DNA from: Phoronis australis
Taxonomy: Eukaryota > Animalia > Phoronida
NCBI GenBank assembly: GCA_002633005.1
Contig: NMRA01000568.1
Coordinates: 207,842-271,841 of the forward strand
Direction of reading: 5' to 3'
Length of the DNA: 64,000 nucleotides
Notes under the pieces: model-generated
What the model was told of the DNA's origin: nothing
Database searches by the model: none
The model's input: only the letters and a program-made list of their open reading frames with translations
In this document: in pieces, positions 52,883 to 64,000 of the stretch
Layout: every line of letters begins with the position of its first letter
Position numbering within the stretch: the stretch's first letter is position 1
Program-made: the position numbers and the translations under genes

Positions 52883-55800
52883 TACAACCCGGTGAATTAT
52901 TTAAAAATCATTTTACCGGAATGTGAAACATGCTGTTGTCCTAGCATTTCTGCCAGTCAAATTATTTAAGTTGTCTCTTAACATTTGTTTATAAATAACG
53001 GCTTAATGACTGGATATGACGATTTTAAACATAATCTAAGATCCATCATGGCCTCATATATAACCTTTTTGGTGAGAAACGTTACCTTCAAACAGACGCC
53101 TTTATGGTAGTCGGATAGCAGTCTAGCATTATCAATTTAACTTATTTCAATTACATTTCCCGTCGCTATGAAACTCGTGAAACTAGAAAAACGCAAAGCA
53201 CTGCAAGCGATGAAACTAATATTAACGCAAATTTACATTTTGCTACCCATTTTAAAGTTTTCTAAGTCTAGCTTGAACTAATGAAAATTGAAACATTCAT
53301 CTTGAAATAATTCAAGAGTGCAGTGATCTTTTTGATGAAATGAGAAAAGACATATTGATTACAGTACCAACGCAAGTATTAGTCGGGAATTTCACAAAAT
53401 GTACCGATACGTCTACCATTGTCCTCACTTTCATCTAGCGATCACCGTGCCCCAAGGTATTATATACTGTTGAAATATCTATTCTCCGGGTGTGGGTGAA
53501 TAACAACTTATTCTCCATATTAGCAGTAGCCGCAATGTCGCAGGGTACGTTACGAGATGTGTATGGGGATTCCACGCTAATATTCATCGCGGATTCAAAT
53601 TTTTGAATACTACACTGTACATACATGTATACCCGGCGAACGAGAATTTTTCCCCCGAGCACATTGTAACTTTGAATTTGAAAAATTTGAATCCATAGTG
53701 ATCGTTTTAGATATTAAAATCGTGATTTGATTTCTGTTGTGGAATGCTCAATTAGGAATACCTTTCAGTAGCCGCTGATTGTCATACATGTACGTTGATT
53801 GATGGTCATGCCTTTATGGCTCAGTATGGTCAGATAGACGTTTACTTTAACTGGAGAAAGTGGACGGTTTGTGCTAAATCATTCGTAAACACAGCAACAC
53901 GGAAGTGGACGGTCACACAACCAGTGTCTTCATGCTAGTTTCTACATTTAAAGACCTCATTTTGCAAACGCAACGACTGATACAGCCCATGTTATGTGGC
54001 GAGTCGGTCACAACGTTTTGCTCGAGGAAAAGTGTTGCAGAAAAAAATATGCATGCACTTGGTTGCCGGGGAAAGTGTAGAACTTCCCTTTTGTTTGATA
54101 AATACGAGGAAAAACTCGTCGGCTTGTAGAATGGTAATGAAAGTGTGACAAATACTGGGATAACTATACTGGTCTAAGATTCAATAAATTGTTGTCTTTT
54201 ACATACAATGTAATTAAAATTGCTGCACGATAACTTTTGAAACGTAAATACAAAAAATGACAAAAATTGACAGTTTCTCCAGCCATTTTATCAGTGATTA
54301 CGAGACAAGTGCTTCGCCATTTTAGAAAACGAATGTCAAGGTTGGTTTGGGGTTGGGTGTAACAGAACAGTTCTCATTATGATTAGCCTTGCAAAACACA
54401 CATCACTAGATTTGTCACGTATTTTTCACACTGTCGCAAACGGTATGCAAAAATGACAGGGTTTCAATCAGTTCACATCAACAGCCCTGCAGATGCACCC
54501 AAAGGTTTTAATGTGTCTTGTATTTTTGGTCCTTTCACTCTTATTAAAATCAAGAAAGCTAAGAAAAACGAAGGGACATAAATTCGGCACTAGTCTCTAC
54601 AAAACCCCCAATTGTGAATTGTGAAAGGAAATTTCTTACAAATTCCAAAATGCGGTCCAAAAGTACATGTACATGTACAGTTCACAAACTAATTTTTTTG
54701 CAAGTCCGGTTTGTTTAAGAGCTACCTGAAACCGCAGCCAATTTCTCAGTCGCTAGACAGCAATGCACAAATGTAATACAGTAAGGGAACGCTATCATAA
54801 AGACGTCAACNTTTTTCTCATGCTCAACATGTCTACAAACAAACCACAATAACTGAGGCTTTACATGTGTACTTGCAAGACCTAAATAAAAACTCATCAC
54901 CAAGAGTGGTCTATCCATAGATTTAACATTTTGGCACTGCAAATTGGCCGTGGCCGCCTCCTAACTGTTCAGTGGCACCTCCGTGTGTTGTCGAATAATC
55001 AGGCAGAACCGATTGTTGATCATTAAGCGAACGTTAGGAAGAAAAAGGAAAAAAATGATTGTGTTTATACAGGTGAAATTTCAAAAATCAAATTTAATGT
55101 ATCGTTTTTCCCGTTCTATCACAAACATCGAGGGTAGCCGTATAACTTTTGTGTTGTATATTCATTTTTACTTCTCATTTTTTCGTGGATGTGAAGTATG
55201 CACGTCAATTTTATGTGAGTAACTGCGAATTTGTCCAAGATTACGAATGGCGTGCCAAAACGGAGATATATTGCTGAATGGACAAATTTGACGATAACGT
55301 CATACCAGGTCATTCAAGGCTACTGTTTAATTTAGCGTTATGGAGATAACAATATTTTCCTTTGCGACCACGCTTGGATTATACAACTGTAGGTGTAGAA
55401 TTATGACTTGGATTATGGTCCGTCACCTAATCGGCGTTCTCTGACAGGTCTCATTATCTCAGTGGAAGGCAGGTGATAATATTCGCGTCATTGAAGGGAG
55501 TGATTTTAATCCGTGGTATACATGTACTGTACCTCTACTGCATGACCTGACAGAGCGTGTGAAAGATGTGGAAATATTGTAAACAAGCACGTGGCTGATG
55601 TATGGTCTATTGGTTATTGTCCGTGTCAGACTAAATTACATGTATGTAACTGTAAATTTCAAAGAAAAGTTCAAAGTTTAACTCTGGAACAGAATGACGT
55701 CATCATTCAGCGTTCGATTTGGCTTCAAAAATCTTTTTATTCACATCAGAATTAATGTACAACTCAGATGAACACTCATTTCTACATCTCCAACTTCCTG

Positions 55801-57068
55801 ACGATAGTGTACAAGACGGCCTATAAAGGCTTGATCATTATTTACTTAAAGCAATTTTATGCGAAATTTTACAAGTAAAACTTAAAAAATTTGGTCGTCG
55901 TGAAGTTTGATATCGTTCGGCATTATTTACACCAAAATGAAATAAAGTGTTTTATCATTACTTTTTATTTCTTTGAAAAAAATCGTGTTCAACTGTTTTA
56001 TTAAGTTTGTCAATATCGTAAAACGTATAGTTAACTGCTTTCTGGGACATGTGTCCAGCTTTTTCAACATATCTCTACCGCACATTTTTATAGGTAAATA
56101 GCTCCACTTCATTTCACCGACCACTTCATTTTACTTGGTCTAGTTACCGTACAGTAACCATTTGGAATTTTCTACCGTTACGTGACACGGCTATTGCAAC
56201 ACCATATGCGGAATAAAGGTGTTTGACATTAAACCCTCTTGAAAAAAGTGGAGTGGATTACTATACTGAGGCTGAAATACATCCCAAAATCTAACGTAGG
56301 TGTTATACTTTAAAAAAAAACCGAAACAGCAACTTTCTTGTCGTAATAAAATGATCGCGCAGCACCATCAATAATTTTCAAAAGTATGTTTTTGGCTAAT
56401 TAAATAAGAAATGTCATTGTTTTTGATGAAAACACATAATGGCGCAGAGATACACAACGGGGTACATGTATGTACTGTAGGGTATAATGAGGGTACTAAC
56501 GTTCTCGAATAATATAAAGAAGTATAGGATAGTTTAATGTTTTGCTGCAAGCTGTCAAAGCTTAAATGCCAATTAGTAAATAGTACACGATTTGCAGTAC
56601 AATATTCTTTTAATATTTGACGCAGTTGTACTGAATCAAATTTACATCTTGAGAATTATTTGTTTTAAATCCTGCATGGCACGTTACTGCAAAATTGTTG
56701 AATGCTAATGAATTGTTGTTGGGAAAATGTGTACAATCCCGTTCTTAAAAGGGCTATCACTTCAGTTTCATTCAACGTAACATAATCACAGTTTTGAGGT
56801 CCATATAAACTTCATTTGATTAGTGACTTATCCAACAACACGCAAACCAACAAAAGACATCTACATTTGTGGTCACTGAGATTAGAAAAATGTGGAAGGA
56901 GTCAGTTGTGAATAATATAGTTCGATTCATCAACTTTAACCGTTAATCCAACCTCGGTAAAGTATCAAACCTCGTGACGTCATGGTGTCACGTGGTACTG
57001 AACACAGCTTGGCCAACAGAATCAGCCTACTCATACTCGAGTTCACATTCAACATCGTTCTCGCCACA

Positions 57069-57355
57069 ATGGACGATCCTACGCTTGATGAAAAACTTAA
57101 CAAAGCCCAGGCAAAATGTTTGAAAGCAGCAGAACAAGTCGAATTATTGGACCGAGAGCTGCGAGATACCGACATACAGTACGCTACGAGAGGGCTCTGA
57201 AAAGTGGAAATGCAGTTCGCCGGGAGCAGCTTCACCGGCGCATGATGATCACGCATGGACTGCGCGACATGTTTTACCACTACGGCAAACGAATAGCCCA
57301 CCTGTCTCTATCCCTTCTTCGTCTAAAGGGTTTAGGAGATCGCTTGTATGAATGA
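57069..57355 (+). pseudogene. Stem-loop-terminated helical protein family, copy 5 (subfamily A); +5-nt frameshift
   Basis: MDDPTLDEKLNKAQAKCLKAAEQVELLDRELRDTDI/RYERALKSGNAVRREQLHRRMMITHGLRDMFYHYGKRIAHLSLSLLRLKGLGDRLYE*. TA is expanded to TACAGTA at 57175-57181. Confidence 0.85.
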
Positions 57356-57381
57356 GTACTTTTGTCATACACCAGAAAAAC

Positions 57382-57428
57382 AGCCCTTTTAAGGGCTACC
57401 CAAATGTTCCAAAAGGAACTGTTCACTT
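57382..57428 (+). terminator. Histone-type 3' stem-loop + ACCCA + HDE-like element (copy 5)
   Basis: aaaaac-AGCCCT TTTA AGGGCT-ACCCA, then AAAAGGAACTGTTCACTT. Confidence 0.85.
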
Positions 57429-58362
57429 CATACTTTCTGTCGGTGTGTCTGGTAAACTGAGAACCCACTATACACCATAAATTGCCTTGTGACGGAACAC
57501 AACGCCGGATTTTATTGACACCGAGTGTAAAAGAAAAGCAAGATATTTAAAATGAAAATGAAAAATCCGGTTGAACGTGTACTTGTTAACTACGCCATGT
57601 ACTTTTTATTTTTCCATAAAAACACACAAAATTCATTCAGTAGTTTATCGTTCAAAGATAACATAAATAAAATGATTCAGACATAAGCAAAATCCTATCT
57701 GACTCTGTGTACAACATTTTTATCGGTAATCAAGAAAAGTAGATGCAGGGTTTTGTAAAAGAAACACTGTTTGTCAATGTTGTGCGATGGTAAACAATTA
57801 TTTTTAGCATACTGGAATGTATTCTTACCATACCTTTATGTAGAGAATACATCCGCAAGGCATGTTTAGGATGTTTCACAGATTGGCGTGAAATTTCTTT
57901 GAACAAGCTCTAAATCATTGCAGACGCACAATTGAATGTATAAATTAAAGACGAAAAGAAACAAGGGTAGTGGGTGAACGGGGATATCCTTTGCTTAAAT
58001 TAAAGTTAAGGTCCGTTAGTAGGTTGTATTTCTGACATGGGGTATGTACATTCAAAAGTAGTTTTAGTATATATTTTTCTCTATTCAATTATTATTAATA
58101 ATAAACATGAATAAAATGTAGATACAGAAGAAGAGAGGACGTATGTGAAGTGATTTCTTAGAGGAAAATATAATTTTAAGTGTCATGACAAAACTTGAAA
58201 TGTACTTTGGTATAAAAGCGTTAGACGTAACATATTGCTTGTCTTCAGTGACCTCCTGATGAAATTGCAAGAAAGTGTTTGAAAATGCCAGTCGTAATTA
58301 TTTATGGAGACGTTTTGATAGAGGTATAACATATATTAATCCAACCAACCAGTACTTAGTTA

Positions 58363-58680
58363 TACAGCAATATGAAATCTAGTCAAGTACATCAAATACA
58401 TAGTTGTACAGCAATATGAAATCTAGTCAAGTATATCAAACACATAGTTGTACAGCAATATGAAATCTAGTCAAGTACATGTACATCAAACACATAGTTG
58501 TACAGCAATATGAAATCTAGTCAAGTACATCAAACACATAGTTGTACAGCAATATGAAATCTAGTCAAGTACAGTGTACATCAAACACATATACATGTAG
58601 TTGTACAGCTACATGAAATCTAGTCAAGTATATCAAACACATAATTATACATGTATATCAATATGAAATCTAGTCAAGTA
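58363..58680. repeat. ~44-bp minisatellite, ~7 copies
   Basis: Unit tacagcaatatgaaatctagtcaagtacatcaaacacatagttg. Confidence 0.95.
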
Positions 58681-61600
58681 CTTCGAACAGGTTAGAAACA
58701 TATAGCGAACCCCATAAAAGCTAATTGCTAGAAAAAAGCACACCACCTTGACTGGAATCTCTCAGGAGCCAATTTATAACTGTAAATAACCTATTCCTGG
58801 CTGTGGTAATCACATACCTCCCGTAAAAGTGACTGCGATTTGGTTTAAACTTTTGCAGTCTTTGCCTACAGTGTATATAAATGAAATTTCGCAAAGCAAA
58901 TTCAAAAATTCACAACTTCGAATCTACAGCTTGGAACTCCAAACAAGGCGGTATACATATTCAACTGCAGAGGGAAGTAGCACTGACTCATCATCCATTT
59001 TTATAAACATCTCCAAAAATTTTGAGCAAGTCAACATTGCCAATACAAATGTAGTATTGTTTCACAGAAGAAACACAAAGACAACTCACAAAAACCTATT
59101 TTCTTTAAGTAAGAGTTTGTTCCAATAAGTTTGTGGTTGATACGGAATTGAAACAATCTGAGTCTGACAGAGGAAATATAATGGTAGATTATAGAACGAT
59201 TTTTTCCAAGACTGAGTATCAACAACCAAATGGATTTCTCTCTCCCACTTCAATTCCGCAACGGGTTTATATACAGTTTACAAAGGAATAATTGATAGAT
59301 TTTCCCCGTTCCATTATTTTCCGAGGAGAAACCCAAGTCCGGTGAAACTCCAAAGTACATTTTAATACGTTGGCACTCCAAATTGGCCGCGGCCACGACC
59401 TAACAGTTGAGTGCCACTTGCCGATTGTGTTCATTTGTATTGCGTTGTAAGATAACCACGCGGAACCGATTGCCGATCACTAAGGGAATTCCGTTTAACG
59501 TGTGTGCTGCATATTCAATTTTATTAGCCAATTTGCGTGGCGGTGAAATATTCCCGTCAATGTAACCCGTGTAACTGTTAATTTGTGCAAAATTACAAAT
59601 GGCGGGGTCAAAAATGAGGTATTTAGCTGAATGCAAAAAATTTTCGATAATGTCATACCAAGTTCTTGTAAGGCCATTGCTTATGTGACCTTCATAGAGA
59701 TAACAATATGTTTGCTATACAACCACGTTTGGATTAAGGGTGTGGAGTGACGTCAGAGAGTAGGGCCCGTCGCCGAATTTGAGTCTTCTAAGAGCTCTCA
59801 TTATCTCAGCGGCAGGCAGCGGATAACTTTGAACCCAGTGAAGTTTGAGATATTAATACACCGTACAGGTGTATACGCTACCTCTATCACTTGGCCTTTA
59901 GGAGCGTGAAAAAGATGATGAAAATATTGATAACAATTATTTGACAGGTGTATCTGTGCCATTGACTCTTATTTGTGTCAGAAATAATTATATTTCTCGT
60001 AACGCCCAAAAGTACAGAGTTTAAAGCTTTCACAGAATGACGTCCGATTTGGTCACTAATATTAAGTTTACTCTCCTCAAAATGTATTTACAACTCAGAA
60101 GATCAATTATTTTTACATCTCCAACTATCTGAAGTTACTGTAGGCCTATAATGGTTTGATCAATATTTACCTCAACCACTCGTTAGTGAAATTTTATAAA
60201 GAAAATTTATGTAAGTCGTTCATTGTGAAATTTCATGTCTTGCGGCATTAGTTCAATCAAAAGCAAAATGTTTTAAATTTTGAAAAATCATGCTCAACTG
60301 TTTTACTCAGTTAGTCCAACTTGTAAAATGTACGGTTTACTGCATCGCTGCAACAGGTGTCGAACACTTTTAACATAACTATTACGTCCACTTCAATGTG
60401 TTAAACACGTCACATCAGTTTTTACCTCTTCATTTCACTTCGTCTGATTACCATACAGTAAACATTTTGAGTTCCCTACGGACACGTGACTCGGCTATTG
60501 CACCGCCATATGTAGTATAAAGGAGGTTGCAATATTGCAGCAACAACATTCAATTTAATTGACATGAAACTCTCTTGACAAAAGGCTAATGGAAGAACAT
60601 ATTATTGTGGACATTCATCCAGACCTAGGTGTTACACTTTAAAAAAACAAAACCGAAGAAGCAAGTTTTTCGTGGTAGCAAATTTACGGGCTCTGCACCC
60701 TTAGATATTTTTAAAAATAAGACTCTTGGCAAATTAAACTTAATGAACGTTGTTGCTTATGTTCCATCACCCGTCGGTAAGAAACTCGTGAAACTAGAAA
60801 AACGCAAGGCACTGCAAACGATAAAACTAAAGTAAATGCAAATTTATATTTGTTACTCAATTTAAAGAGTTCAAAGTCTATTCTAAGTCAAATGAAAATT
60901 AAAAAATTCATCTTTTAATAATTCAAGAGTGCAGTGACCGCTTTTATGAAGTGAGAAAAAAAGGCATGATATCGATTGCAGTACAGACACAAGCATTCGT
61001 CGGGAATTTCAAAAAATGTACCCACAAGTCTGCAGGTGTTCTCACTTTCTTCTAGCGGTCACAATGCCTCAAGGTATTATATACAGTTGAAATATCTATT
61101 CTCCGTGTGGTAGTGAATGACAACTCTTTCACCATATTTGCTATAGCCGCAATGTCGCAGAGTGTGTTACGAGATACATGTATGTATTGGGATTCCACGC
61201 CGCTATTCATCACGGATTCAAATTTTTAAATACTACATACATGTACATGTAGACCAGCTAAAACGAGGATTTTTTTCACCCACACACATTTTAATTTTTA
61301 ATTTGAAACGTACAATCCATGTTAATCGTTTGAGATATTAAAATCACTAAGTGATTTTAATTCTCTTGTCAAATACGCTTTCAGTAGCCGTGAGCAACAG
61401 TTGGGTATACGTATACGTATTGTAGAGACTGATATCTCTACCGACGATTGTCCTCCGTGAATTAATGATCTGCCAGTATGGCTCAGTATGATCAGATAGA
61501 CGCTGACCTCACTGCAGAAAACGAACGATTTGGGCTAAACACTGCAACACGGAAGTAGACACTTAAACAAGCACTTCCCCGATGCCAGGTTCTACATTCA

Positions 61601-64000
61601 CTGCTCTCATTTTGAAAAGACAATGACCGACACAACCGTGTTAAAAGTGAATCAGTCAAAGAGTTTTGCTCAAGGAAAAGTGTTGAAGAAAAATATGGAT
61701 GGACTTGGTTGTCGGAGAAAGAATAGAACTTACATTTTGATAAATGTATACATGCAAAAATTCGTCGGCTTGTGGAATGATAATGAAAGCGTCTCGGAGA
61801 CTGAGGTAGCTATACTAGTCTAGGGTTCAATAAACGGTTTACTTTTCAATGCGGTGTAATCCACATTGCTTAAAGACTTCTCATTATACGCAAACGGAAT
61901 AAAACGGACAAAAATGGACAATTCCTTCACCCATTCCATCAGTGACTATCAGCCCCTCGCCATGTTAGAAATCTAATATGAAAGCCGTTGTCTGGTCCGG
62001 TGTAACTGGACACTTCTTTCTACGATTAGAGTATCAAACCACAGAGCACTGGATTTGTCACGTTTTCTTCACACTGTCAAAAACAGTGTGCCAAAAATGA
62101 CACGTTTTCTGTCAAATCACAACAAAAGCCTTATAGTTGGGCACAGAAGTTTTTATTGAATCTTAACGTAGAATTGAACATAAAAACTTCTTAAAATATG
62201 TCATTGAATTTTTTACGCAAAAATGTATCATTTTCATTACACCATATCTTATATGTCAATTGTCATTTTGTGTTTGATTTTACTTTATTTCTGTTTTTGT
62301 TGATAAAGGAAGTTATTACATCCGAAAATTTCAAATTTCAGTTGATCCATTCTTGTTGTTTTATTTACCGATTTATATTGAATCTTGTAATTTTGGTCCT
62401 TTTACTCCTATTAAAATCAAGCTAAGCTAACAAAAGTGGGGGACACGAAATCAGCACTTTTTTGTACAAAACCAGCACTTGTCCTCCGATGGAGGACAAA
62501 TGTCACCATTAGCTTACGAATGCAAATTTCTTACACATTCCACAAAATGTGGCCTAAACGTACTGTTAACATACTAAAATGATGCAAGTCTGGCTTGTTT
62601 ACGTGTTATCTGAATTCCCAGCAAATTTCTCAGTCGGCACCCAGCAATGCAGACAGAAATGCAACAAGGGCCAGCTATCATAAAGACGACTATACATGTA
62701 GCTACAGCCGAGCAAGTGGTCTTTTTTAATTCTCAAAATATTCACAAATACAAACAAACCACTTTCACTGAGTCTACATCTGTACATGCAACACCTAAAT
62801 AAAAGCTGATCCCCACGCCTGGATTTTAACTACATTTTAATATTTTGGCACTGCAGACAGGCTGTGGTCGCAACCAAACTGTTCAGTACCACCTCCGTGC
62901 GTAGTGTCAGACAACCAGGCAGAACAGATTGTCGATCACTACGCGAAAGTTAAAAAAAAGAAAAAGGATCACGTTTATGAAGGTTGAAATTTAAAAATTC
63001 AAATTTAACGTATCGGTTTTCCAGTTAGATTCACAAACATGAAGAGAAGTCGTGTAACTTGTGTGTTGTATATTTGTTTCACTTGCCAATATGTAGCTGT
63101 GAGTTTGTGCAAGTTCATAAATGGCGGTGCCAAAAACGAGGTGTTTCTATGAATGCACAAAATTCTCGGTAATATCATCCCAGGCTCATGTAAGGCCATT
63201 GTTTAATTGACCGTAATAGAGATAACAATATCTTTGTTATAAGACCATCTTCAGATTATAAGTGTGGAGTGATGAATGGATTATGCTCCGTCACTTAACT
63301 GGGGTTCTCTAAGACCTATCATTATCTCAGTGGCAGGCAGGCGATAATGTTGGTGCCAGTGAAGTGAGTGATTTTAATCCTTGGTATACTGTACCGACTA
63401 CTGTATGGCCTGCCACAACGTGTGAAAGACATGGAAATACTATAAACGATCACGTGGCTGATTTATCGGTCACATGGACTCTTGTTAGTTTCAGGATTAA
63501 TTGTATTACTTGAAACTTTCAAAGAAAATTCAAGAGTTTAATTTTGCAACAGAATGACGTCATTATTCAGCGTTCGATTGAGCTCCCAAAATTAATTTTA
63601 TTCGCCGCAAAATGAATAAACAACTCGGGTGATCAATAATTTCTACATGTTCAACTATCTGAAGTGATTGTGGGCCTATAAAGGTTTGATTATTATTTAC
63701 TTCAAGCAGTCCAATGTGGTTTTTTAATAAAACTTAGAGAATTTGATCACTGTGAAATTTTATGTTGTGAGGTAATATTTAAACCAAAATAAATTAAAAT
63801 GTGTTAAATGTTTTACTTCCTTGGAAAAATGCACTGTTTAATTGATTTTATCAATCATGTAAAAGGGATGGTTTACTGTTTTTGCAGTATGTGTCGAACT
63901 TTTTCAACAAATGCCGAGTAAAGCAGGTTGTACACAAAAGACCAGTTGAACACTATACTGAGGTTGAATTGCATCCCAAAATATAACCTGGGTGTTGCAC

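Larger units (their letters stand above)
53170..64000 (+). repeat. Segmental duplication ~53170-56345 vs ~60781-64000, with an additional partial copy at ~59350-60680
   Basis: Colinear blocks gaaactcgtgaaactagaaaaacgcaa, gttgaaatatctattctcc, tcattatctcag and cagaatgacgtc. Confidence 0.85.

Noticed and set aside
58363-58680. CRISPR-like array
   Set aside because: Head-to-tail repeats without unique spacers, no cas genes, eukaryotic context.

Overview
AT-rich, intron-containing eukaryotic DNA, probably from a marine invertebrate (inference), with a scaffold gap at 8823-9787. It contains: (1) four paralogous small Cys-rich peptide exons with invariant spacing C-x3-C-x14-C-x5-CW-x10-C-x3-C at ~0.7, 3.1, 13.0 and 14.5 kb; (2) a 6-exon minus-strand type-I membrane receptor (28632-37864, 593 aa in my model) with a Crumbs-like EGF3-LamG-EGF ectodomain and a Tyr-motif-rich tail; (3) the C-terminal half of a USP deubiquitinase; (4) THAP, Penelope-like, MITE and HINE-like remnants plus nested segmental duplications. 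The most striking feature is a family of five intronless ~90-codon genes or pseudogenes (23.8, 46.3, 49.5, 52.5, 57.1 kb) for a non-histone alpha-helical protein. Each is followed 25-61 nt after the stop by a histone-mRNA-type 16-nt stem-loop (AGCCCT-TTTA-AGGGCT-ACCCA) and, in four copies, a correctly spaced U7-type downstream element. This suggests non-histone genes using SLBP/U7 3'-end processing. All calls were made by eye with no database searches.
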